This document shows, one piece after another, positions 39,701-51,700 of a stretch of DNA of 64,000 bases. Within the stretch, counting starts at the first letter, position 1. Every line of letters begins with the position of its first letter. Position numbers and translations under genes: made by a program. A model generated the notes under the pieces. That model searched no databases and had not been told where the DNA came from. It was given only the letters and a program-made list of their open reading frames with translations. The stretch covers positions 9,114,001-9,178,000 of the forward strand of contig OZ024745.1 in assembly GCA_964016885.1 (NCBI GenBank). Direction: 5' to 3'. This DNA is from Eledone cirrhosa (lineage: Eukaryota).

Positions 39701-42700
39701 TTTGATCAACTGTGAAAAGATGAAAGGTAAAGTTCACCTCAGTGGGATTTCAACTCAGGATGTAAAGAGCTGGAAAAACATCCACTTAATACTGTAAAAG
39801 TTATTTTAATAAATCCCTCAAAAGTCTTGAAAATTGCAAAGTTAATTAAAAGTCATAGGCAATGTATTTCATTAGATATACATTAAGAAAAATGTTAATT
39901 GTGAATTTGTTGATTTCTAAGACATAAATAAGGCCACAATTTTTTTCAGAGATTGGGGAGGACAGCGTGATTATATCAACCCAAGTAAAAGTGAATTAAA
40001 TCAACCCCAGAACTTAACTGGTACTTTATTTCATCAACCTTGGAAAAATGAAAGACGGAGTTGACCTTGGCAGGGATTTAAACTCAGAACATAAAAAGTC
40101 ATAACTAAATACTATAAAGTATTTTGTTCAATGTTCTACCGCCAAAATTACCATCATAATAAATAAAATAATGATATTATTGTGTACAGTGCTCAGGTGC
40201 ACTACAACTCATCAAAGGTGCATGTATAGTACATAGAATAATGTAAAAATGTCAGGAAAATGAACAGTGTATGAGTCATGATATAATAATAATAACAATA
40301 ATGAAATATTGTGTACAGTGCCCAGGTGCACCACAACTCATCAAAAAAGTGCATGTACAGTACATAGGGCAATGCACAAACATCAGTAAAAAGCACAAAC
40401 ATCAGTAAAATAATAATAGAGATGTACGTGTCAACATGTTAATCAGATTCTAGTAATTAATTCTTAATCATTTAAATTTGTTACTGCATTAAAAAAAGTC
40501 AATCCTGCAGATATTAAATAGTTTTTGACACTATTTCTTAGGTCAATGGTTCCTAGTTATTTTGTTGTGAAACACTTATACAATGTTCAAAAAGCCATGG
40601 AACCTATACCTATATTTTACAAACAATTCCTATTTTCATAATTTTAGTGAGAAACAAAATTGCTTTACCGAGAGAATTTTTTCATACAAACAAGTTTATA
40701 AATTTCTATTAAATTTTATTAATGAATACTTTATCACATGGAACTTGAGAATTTTTTCACAGAACCACTTTGGGACCAATATCACCACAATCATCATACA
40801 CCTATTTTTCCATGCCACCATGAGTCAGATTGATCCTTATTAACTAAATCAAGATGTTATCAGAATTACAGTCCTCCCAGATGGACCAGGTGAGGAGGGG
40901 GTCACATCTCCATATGCACCGGTGTTGGCATAGTTTCTTGTATCTTTGTTTTTTTAGACTGTATATACATGTGATGACTGTAAACAAATACACAACGAGA
41001 GAAACATAGGATAGTGGTAAATATAATTGCTTACTTCTTTTTCTTTGGCAGTTAATTCTTGTTCTTTCTTCATTAAATCTTTTAAAGCTTTCTGAAGAGT
41101 TTCTTCCAATTGGTTATATTCAGATAACTGAATAAGAACATATTTTTATATCAAAAAATATATTGCTAACACAAATAACAAAACAATAGGAAGGATTAAA
41201 TATCACATAAAATTAGTAATTAATTAAATAAACACAATAAAATTCATGAAAAATGAACTTATGATGATGTAAATTATAAATACAAAATCCCAGTATATCG
41301 CTTATTACTGTTATATGCTTGTCCAATTATGCCCAAAAGTCGAGGATTTTATTTAAAACCTTCTCCTCGCTAACTACCCCATACCCCTCCTGCCCACCTC
41401 CACTCGCCACCATTATTATTTGGACCAATCATAAGTCAGCGGCCTATGCTATCACTTCTCCTGGTTGCTTTTCGATATGATGGATGGACTAAGGAATTCT
41501 GGAGAGTCTGAAAAATCTGGACACTCAGTGACAATGCCAAAGATAACGACAAATTCACGTCATGCTGCCGGACAAAAAGGCAAGGACTCCTCCTCTTTGT
41601 TTCGGCCGCGGATGGCCAACATAACCCCAACCCCATCCCCCTCACTGCGCCCCACCGTTCCCACCCACCAAACGCAATCCAAAACTTCAGAGTTGGTACC
41701 ATGAATGTAGGCACCTTAAAAGGTCGCTCTAACAAGGTTGTAGAAATGCTTGAACGTAAGGAGGTTGATGTTTGCTGTATCCAAGAGACCAGGTGGAGGG
41801 GCGGGTCTGCTAGATTCATTGTGGGTAAAAAACGATGCTATAAGCTTTTCTGGGTGGGAAATGACAATGGGCTGGGTAGGGTAGGAATCATGTTAGCAGA
41901 AAAATGGGTGGATAAGATAATAGATGTAAATAGAGTGAACGACAGAATAATTAAAATAAGACTTGTTCTAAATAGAACTACTGTGACAGTAATATCTGCG
42001 TACGCACCCCAATCCGGACTACCTGGCGCTATAAAAGACAGATTCTATGAGACACTGATGCTCACTACCTCCCAAATAATCGACAGTGACTATATAATTA
42101 TTGCTGGCGACCTAAATGGTCACGTTGGACAACATTGTGACGGCTATGACGGAATCCATGGAGGCTATGGGTTTGGTACTAGAAATGAGGAAGGCTCCAG
42201 AATCCTGGAATTCTGTGACGCAAATAACCTAACTATCTGTAACACTAACTTCAAAAAACGAGACAATCACTTGATCACCTACAGATCAGGGGAATACACC
42301 AGCCAGGTAGATTATATCCTTACCAGAAGACGTGACAGAGTGTCTGTTGTAAACACTAAATCCCTCCCCCATGAAGAATGCACCTCTCAACATAGACTCA
42401 TAATTAGCGACCTCATAGTCAGGACGAGACGTACTCGACAACAGAAGAAAAATATGGAAGCTAAAGGACCCCACAGCCAGTAATAAATTTAAAAGTATAT
42501 TACTTGATGCTTTCGACAGTAAGGAAGAGCAATTAGAGTCATACAATATAGAGGAACAATGGGAATTCCTGAAAGCAAACTTGCTGATGGCGGCAGATGA
42601 AGCCTGTGGCTGGAGCAGGTCTATAGGCAGGAGGAGAGTAATGTGGTGGTGGAACAGTAAGGTGGAGGAGTCAATTAAGGCCAAAAAGCGGGCTTGGAAA

Positions 42701-45700
42701 GTATGGCGGGATGGGGGAAGTAGAGAAGACTATCAAGTGGCCAGGAGGGAAGCTAGGAGACAAGTGTACTTCGCAAGAAGGGAAGCAGAGGAAAGAAAGT
42801 TCAAGCATGTTCTACAACGTGAGAACCAAAAACGTGGTGTTCAGGATTGCTAGGCAATGTGTCAAGGAAAACCGTGATATTGTCGGGGAGAAGTGTGTCC
42901 TTAATGATGATGGTGTACTTGCCATCACTGACACTGATAAGAAGGTAGCTTGGAAGTGTCACTACGAAAGGCTACTAAATGAGGAGAATAAATGGGAGAA
43001 AGACAGTCTCTCCCACATCGATCCAATAGAGGGACCAGCAGTGTTAATCAAATGTAGTATAATAAGTATGGCAATCAAAGATATGAAGACGGGTAAGGCG
43101 GCTGGGCCTTCGGAAATAGTTGCTGAAATGCTGAAAGCTTCTGGAACGGTGTGACACACTATGGTCACCCGGATAGTAAACCAAGTCATACAGAATGGGG
43201 TTGTTCTGAAGGACTGGCATACAGCATCATCATTAACTGCTACAAGGGTAAAGGAGATGCCCTAGATAGGGGTAACTATAGAGGCATTAAATTAATCGAC
43301 CAGGTCATGAAGGTCACAGAAAAAGTAATAACGCAACTAATCAGAGAGTGAAATGATCTAGATGAAATGCAGTTCGGGTTTGTGTCAGGTAAAAGTACCA
43401 CAGACGCTCTTTTCATTGTACGACAACTACAGGAGAAGTACCTAGCTAAAAGTAAACCCCTATACTTAGCTTTTGTCGACTTGGAGAAAGCTTTTGACAG
43501 AGTCCCCCGTTCCATTATCTGGTGGGCTCTTAGAAAACTAGGTGTTGACGAATGGCTTGTGAGAGCTATACAAGCCATGTATAAAGAAACAGTCAGCAAG
43601 GTAGAATTAACAACGAATATAGTGAAGAGTTTTGCGTAAAAGTTGGTGTTCATCAGGGCTCCGTTCTTAGCCCCCTACTATTTATTATTGCCCTTCAGGC
43701 TATAACAGAGGAGTTCAAGACCGGCTGCCCATGGGAACTCCTATACGCAGATGATCTAACGCTCATAGCTGAAGCAATGGCTGAACTAGAGAAGAAATTC
43801 CAAACATGGAAGCATGGCCTAGAATCAAAAGGCCTTAAAATTAACCTGTCTAAGACTAAAGTTCTAGTTTGTAGGAAGGAAAATGGCCATGCTCAGTGTG
43901 TAGGAAAGAGTAGTCAGAAACTCCATTTTATGTCCCAAATGCAAAGTATGGGTGCATAAAAGATGTAGTGGGATCACAGGTAAGCTAACTAAGAATATAG
44001 ATTTTATATGTGGCCGGTGCTCTGGTGCAATAAGTAGCAGCAAGTGCCCACAGAATACTAGCTCATTCCATTGCAAAGATGGTTGGTTCTATAGAAATAG
44101 TGGACACCTTCCATTACTTGGGTGACAAAATCAGCAGTGGCGGAGGGTGCTCTGAAAGTACAGTAGCTAGAGTCAGAACTGGATGGAAAAAGTTCAGAGA
44201 GCTTATACCACTATTAGCCGCTAAAGGGTTTTCTCTAAAAATGAAAGGCAGGCTGTATGATGCCTGCATACGAACAGCAATGTTACATGGCAGTGAGACC
44301 TGGGCATTGTGTGCAGAGGATATACGCAGACTAGAGAGGAACGAAGCTTGCATGCTCCGCTGGATGTGTAATAGTAATATACGTAAACGGCAAAACATAA
44401 ACGAACTAAGGGAAAAATTAGGAATAAGAGGGATCAGATGTTGTTTACTCGAGAGAAGACTACGTTGGTACGGTCACGTGATGCGCATGAAAGACGACAG
44501 CTGTATAAAAAAGTGCAGGGCAATAAAAATAGACGGTAGCCAAGGAGTAGGCAGACCCAGAAAAACCTGGGACGACTTGATAAATTCCGACCTCACACAC
44601 TTACACCTCTCCAAGACAATGTCACTGGACTGAGATCTTTGGCGCTACACAGTAATACAGAAGACTCGCCTTACCTAAGTACAAAGTGAAACCTACTAGT
44701 CAGTAGGCACCTCTAACAAAAATACACCCCCGTCCCACTACCCCCACCCCATCCACACCACCCCTTTCAATGTAAAGTTATGTTGGTACCACAACATCCA
44801 GTCTGAAACAAATGAGGTCGTGTAGGTGTCACGACAAAAAAAACACACAGTCCACGCTGTAATGTGGCCGTGTAGGTAACACGGTAAAACCTCCCAGTCC
44901 ACACTGTAAACGTGGTTGGTGTTAGGAACGGCATCCAGCCGTAGAAAACCCGCCAGACAGTCCTATGCGAGCAAGACAACCACTCTTGCCTCAAGTGGGA
45001 AAACTCCCGTCCAAACCCATGCAAGCGTGGAAGATGGATGTTAAACGATGATGATGATGATGACAGTTTTTTTCATTAGAAAAAAATATAATCAGAACAA
45101 ACTTTTTTCTTTAGAACAATTTCTCGTTCTCTATCTCTTTTCTTCCATTCATCAGCCAAAACTCTCATGTAAGAGATTTCCTTCTGTTTCAACTAAAACA
45201 AAGAAGAAAAGAATTAATACTAAATACTAAAATCCATACAATATATATATATATATATATAGACGTTAAACGATGATGATGATGATATATATATGTATGT
45301 GGTTGACGGCTGAGAGAAAAGAATACTCAATACCGAAGAGGAGTTTTAATATTAGAGAGGTGTAAGTGTACAAGGTCAGTTTTTATCACCTTGTCCCGTG
45401 TTTTTCTGGGTCTACCTACTCCGTAGCTTCCATCAATGTGTATATATATATATATTGTGTCAGGTCACTCTTGAGTGCTACTGGTAACATATAAACCAGT
45501 ACAACCTGTCGCATGGTCAGTTCATTGGCGACTAAACTGTCAACCCCCACCAAGTTTACTTGGTGAGGAGGGTGATTTTGGACACCCTGCAGGACAAAAA
45601 ACATAACCTGACAAAGGGCGGAAGAACTCATAAGAGTCAACGGCCATCCAAAAATGTGTAAATATGTATATACATATGTATGTGTATGTATATGCGTGTG

Positions 45701-48700
45701 TATATGCCTGGGGTGTCAGGGAGGTGCATGTACCTCTGTAGGGGGGGGGGGGGGGGGGGGGGGGGGTTAGCCATGCCCTTTTCAGGACAGCCCGTCCTGC
45801 ATTGGGTCCCACCTGACACTCAGCTCTCACCTGTGGCCCCAAGAAGCTATAGCATGCGACAGCGGCCACACCCTGGTAAACCGCCTTGGCTGGCAGGCCG
45901 AACCAGGTTGAAGGTTGCCGGACGGGTCTGAAACCCCCCGGTGAGTTAGATAGGGGATGCCTGCCTCTGCATGCAAAGACTGGACCCGGCGGAGTGAGTG
46001 GAGGAGGACAATATCGTCCCAACGGTCACAAAGGCGGCGACAGCAAGCGGTGTGGAGCGCTAGGGCACGGCAAGGCACTACAGACATCATGGCCATCCAC
46101 TGCAGCCAAGGAAGTCCCTGGTCGTGACAGTCCTCTGTCCCACCGGATTCTGGCTAATGCGGCCGAGTGAGTGGGACTGTCACTGTGCACTGGCCTTCCC
46201 ACTATAAACCTTTCCCGCACAGGTTTCCTCTTTAGCATGCACTCCCAAAGCCCTGCGGCGATGGACCTGCAAGTCAAGGATCGGCCTCCACAGCCACCTT
46301 CGCGCCCACGGCAGACGGGAACAACAATGAAGAAGATGTCATCATCGTTTACGATGGACAACCAAGACATATATGTATGTATAAGTAACCAATATTTTCC
46401 TTCTATTATTTCCCAATGAGAAAGTAATAGATCTGTATCATTCTGCCAATAAATAACACAAAAGTCTGTCTCAATAAAAACTTACTTCATTTTCAAACTT
46501 CTGTTTTTCAGCTTCTTTCCAAATTTCAAGTTCCATAGCAGCTTGATATTCCTTAGTTTCCCTCAGATCCTTTTTTGGACTATTGATGGCATTGCTATTT
46601 AAATTCTCCTGAGCTACACTGTTGATCTGGAAATAAACAAAAATAGTTCTCATTTATACAACCAGGGTGTTTAATTACAAGTTTCGCTTCAATAAAATAC
46701 ACCCAGTACTCTGTAATTGGTAGTGTCGGTGCCACAATAAAATGCTTCCATTCTGTAAGCGGTAGAGATGGTGCCATGATAAAATGATCCGGTACGCTCT
46801 GAAATGAAGAATACACTTCCGATATTTTTTCTTTCTTATAAATCTCCTTTTCTTTAAAAAAAATATCTAAAGCGTTTGTTAAAATAAAACTTAAAATGTA
46901 ATTCTTGTTAACATTTAACAGTGTAGCTGTTCAGGAGTCCTAGTAGACAGGTTTAACAGTGCAGTTGTTGGGAAGTCCTAGTTGACAGGTTTAACAGTGT
47001 AGTTGTTGGGAAGTCCTAGTAGACAGGTTTAACAGTGTAGTTGTTGGGAAGTCCTAATAGACAGGTTTAACAGTGTAGTTGTTGGGAAGTCTTAGTTGAC
47101 AGGTTTAACAGTGTAGTTGTTGGGAAGTCCTAGTAGACAGGTTTAACAGTGTAGTTGTTGGGAAGTCTTAGTTGACAGGTTTAACAGTGTAGTTGTTGGG
47201 AAGTCCTAGTAGACAGGTTTAACAGTGTAGTTGTTGGGAAGTCCTAGTTGACAGGTTTAACAGTGTAGTTGTTGGGAAGTCCTAGTAGACAGGTTTAACA
47301 GTGTAGTTGTTGGGAAGTCCTAGTAGACAGGTTTAACAGTGTAGTTGTTGGGAAGTCCTAGTTGACAGGTTTAACAGTGTAGTTGTTGGGAAGTCCTAGT
47401 TGACAGGTTTAACAGTGTAGTTGTTGGGAAGTCCTAGTTGACAGGTTTAACAGTGTAGTTGTTGGGAAGTCCTAGTAGACAGGTTTAACAGTGTAGTTGT
47501 TGGGAAGTCCTAGTTGACAGGTTTAACAGTGTAGTTGTTGGGAAGTCCTAGTAGACAGGTTTAACAGTGTAGTTGTTGGGAAGTCCTAGTAGACAGGTTT
47601 AACAGTGTAGTTGTTGGGAAGTCTTAGTAGACAGGTTTAACAGTGTAGTTGTTGGGAAGTCTTAGTTGACAGGTTTAACAGTGTAGTTGTTGGGAAGTCC
47701 TAGTAGACAGGTTTAACAGTGTAGTTATTGGGAAGTCCTAGTAGACAGGTTTAACAGTGTAGCTGTTCAGGAGTCCTAGTAGACAGGTTTAACAGTGTAG
47801 TTGGGAAGTCCTAGTAGACAGGTTTAACAGTGTAGTTGTTGGGAAGTCCTAGTTGACAGGTTTAACAGTGTAGTTGTTGGGAAGTCCTAGTTGACAGGTT
47901 TAACAGTGTAGTTGTTGGGAAGTCTTAGTTGACAGGTTTAACAGTGTAGTTGTTGGGAAGTCCTAGTAGACAGGTTTAACAGTGTAGTTGTTGGGAAGTC
48001 CTAGTTGACAGGTTTAACAGTGTAGCTGTTCAGGAGTCCTAGTAGACAGGTTTAACAGTGTAGTTGTTGGGAAGTCCTAGTTGACATGTTTAACAGTGTA
48101 GCTGTTCAGGAGTCCTAGTAGACAGGTTTAACAGTGTAGTTGTTGGGAAGTCCTAGTTGACAGGTTTAACAGTGTAGTTGTTGGGAAGTCCTAGTTGACA
48201 GGTTTAACAGTGTAGTTGTTGGGAAGTCCTAGTAGACAGGTTTAACAGTGTAGCTGTTCAGGAGTCCTAGTAGACAGGTTTAACAGTGTAGTTGTTGGGA
48301 AGTCCTAGTTGACAGGTTTAACAGTGTAGTTGTTGGGAAGTCCTAGTAGACAGGTTTAACAGTGTAGCTGTTCAGGAGTCCTAGTAGACAGGTTTAACAG
48401 TGTAGTTGTTGGGAAGTCCTAGTTGACAGGTTTAACAGTGTAGTTGTTGGGAAGTCCTAGTAGACAGGTTTAACAGTGTAGCTGTTGGGAAGTCCTAGTT
48501 GACAGGTTCAACAGTGTAGTTGTTGGGAAGTCCTAGTAGACAGATTCAACAGTGTAGTTGTTGGGAAGTCCTAGTAGACAGGTTTAACAATGTAGTTGTT
48601 GGGAAGTCCTAGTTGACAGGCTTAACAGTGTAGTTGTTGGGAAGTCCTAGTAGACAGGTTCAACAGTGTAGTTGTTGGGAAGTCCTAGTTGACAGGTTTA

Positions 48701-51700
48701 ACAGTGTAGTTGTTGGGAAGTCCTAGTTGACAGGTTTAACAGTGTAGTTGTTGGGAAGTCCTAGTAGACAGGTTTAACAGTGTAGTTGTTGGGAAGTCCT
48801 AGTAGACAGGTTTAACAGTGTAGTTGTTGGAAAGTCCTAGTTGACAGGTTTAACAGTGTAGTTGTTGGGAAGTCCTAGTTGACAGGTTTAACAGTGTAGT
48901 TGTTGGGAAGTCCTAGTAGACAGGTTTAACAGTGTAGTTGTTGGGAAGTCCTAGTAGACAGGTCTAACAGTGTAGTTGTTGGGAAGTCCTAGTAGACAGG
49001 TTTAACAGTGTAGTTGTTGGGAAGTCCTAGTTGACAGGTTTAACAGTGTAGTTGTTGGGAAGTCCTAGTTGACAGGTTTAACAGTGTAGTTGTTGGGAAG
49101 TCCTAGTTGACAGGTTTAACAGTGTAGTTGTTGGGAAGTCTTAGTTGACAGGTTTAACAGTGTAGTTGTTGGGAAGTCCTAGTAGACAGGTTTAACAGTG
49201 TAGTTGTTGGGAAGTCCTAGTTGACAGGTTTAACAGTGTAGCTGTTCAGGAGTCCTAGTAGACAGGTTTAACAGTGTAGTTGTTGGGAAGTCCTAGTTGA
49301 CATGTTTAACAGTGTAGCTGTTCAGGAGTCCTAGTAGACAGGTTTAACAGTGTAGTTGTTGGGAAGTCCTAGTTGACAGGTTTAACAGTGTAGTTGTTGG
49401 GAAGTCCTAGTTGACAGGTTTAACAGTGTAGTTGTTGGGAAGTCCTAGTAGACAGGTTTAACAGTGTAGCTGTTCAGGAGTCCTAGTAGACAGGTTTAAC
49501 AGTGTAGTTGTTGGGAAGTCCTAGTTGACAGGTTTAACAGTGTAGTTGTTGGGAAGTCCTAGTAGACAGGTTTAACAGTGTAGCTGTTCAGGAGTCCTAG
49601 TAGACAGGTTTAACAGTGTAGTTGTTGGGAAGTCCTAGTAGACAGGTTCAACAGTGTAGTTGTTGGGAAGTCCTAGTAGACAGGTTTAACAATGTAGTTG
49701 TTGGGAAGTCCTAGTTGACAGGTTTAACAGTGTAGTTGTTGGGAAGTCCTAGTAGACAGGTTCAACAGTGTAGTTGTTGGGAAGTCCTAGTTGACAGGTT
49801 TAACAGTGTAGTTGTTGGGAAGTCCTAGTTGACAGGTTTAACAGTGTAGTTGTTGGGAAGTCCTAGTAGACAGGTTTAACAGTGTAGTTGTTGGGAAGTC
49901 CTAGTAGACAGGTTTAACAGTGTAGTTGTTGGAAAGTCCTAGTTGACAGGTTTAACAGTGTAGTTGTTGGGAAGTCCTAGTTGACAGGTTTAACAGTGTA
50001 GTTGTTGGGAAGTCCTAGTAGACAGGTCTAACAGTGTAGTTGTTGGGAAGTCCTAGTAGACAGGTTTAACAGTGTAGTTGTTGGGGAGTCCTAGTAGACA
50101 GGTTTAACAGTGTAGTTGTTGGGAAGTCCTAGTAGACAGGTTCAACAGTGTAGTTGTTGGGAAGTCTTAGTTGATAGGTTTAACAGTGTAGTTGTTGGGA
50201 AGTCCTAGTAGACAGGTTTAACAGTGTAGTTGTTGGGAAGTCCTAGTACACAGGTTTAACAGTGTAGTTGTTGGGAAGTCCTAGTTGACAGGTTTAACAG
50301 TGTAGTTGTTGGGAAGTCCTAGTAGACAGGTTTAACAGTGTAGTTGTTGGGAAGTCCTAGTAGACAGGTTTAACAGTGTAGTTCTAACAGTGTAGTTATT
50401 GGGAAGTCCTAGTTGACAGGTTTAACAGTGTAGTTGTTGGGAAGTCCTAGTTGATAGGTTTAACAGTGTAGTTCTAACAGTGTAGTTGTTGGGAAGTCCT
50501 AGTAGACAGGTTTAACAGTGTAGTTGTTGGGAAGTCCTAGTAGACAGGTCTAACAGTGTAGTTGTTGGGAAGTCCTAGTACACAGGTTTAACAGTGTAGT
50601 TGTTGGGAAGTCCTAGTTGACAGGTTTAACAGTGTAGTTGTTGGGCAGTCCTAGTAGACAGGTTCAACAGTGTAGTTGTTGGGAAGTCCTAGTAGACAGG
50701 TTTAACAGTGTAGTTGTTGGGAAGTCCTAGTTGACAGGTTTAACAGTGTAGTTTCTAACAGTGTAGTTGTTGGGAAGTCCTAGTTGACAGGTTTAACAGT
50801 GTAGTTCTAACAGTGTAGTTGTTAGGAAGTCCTAGTTCACAGGTTTAACAGTGTAGTTATTGGGAAGTCCTAGTTGACAGGTTTAACAGTGTAGTTGTTG
50901 GGAAGTCCTAGTTGACAGGTTTAACAGTGTAGTTGTTGGGAAGTCCTAGTAGACAGGTTTAACAGTGTAGTTCTAACAGAGTAGTTGTTGGGAAGTCCTA
51001 GTACACAGGTTTAACAGTGTAGTTATTGGGAAGTCCTAGTTGACAGGTTTAACAGTGTAGTTGTTGGGAAGTCCTAGTAGACAGGTTCAACAGTGTAGTT
51101 GTTGGGAAGTCCTAGTAGACAGGTTCAACAGTGTAGTTGTTGGGAAGTCCTAGTAGACAGGTTTAACAGTGTAGTTGTTGGGAAGTCCTAGTAGACAGGT
51201 TCAACAGTGTAGTTGTTGGGAAGTCCTAGTTGACAGGTTTAACAGTGTAGTTGTTGGGAAGTCCTAGTAGACAGGTTTAACAGTGTAGTTGTTGGGAAGT
51301 CCTAGTAGACAGGTCTAACTGTAGTTGTTGGGAAGTCCTAGTAGACAGGTTTAACAGTGTAGTTGTTGGGAAGTCCTAGTTGACAGGTCTAACTGTAGTT
51401 GTTGGGAAGTCCTAGTAGACAGGTTTAACAGTGTAGTTGTTGGGAAGTCCTAGTTGACAGGTTCAACAGTGTAGTTGTTGGGAAGTCCTAGTAGACAGGT
51501 TTAACAGTGTAGTTGTTGGGAAGTCCTAGTAGACAGGTCTAACTGTAGTTGTTGGGAAGTCCTAGTAGACAGGTTTAACAGTGTAGTTGTTGGGAAGTCC
51601 TAGTTGACAGGTTTAACAGTGTAGTTGTTGGGAAGTCCTAGTTGACAGATTTAACAGTGTAGTTCTAACAGTGTAGTTGTTGGGAAGTCCTAGTTGACAG

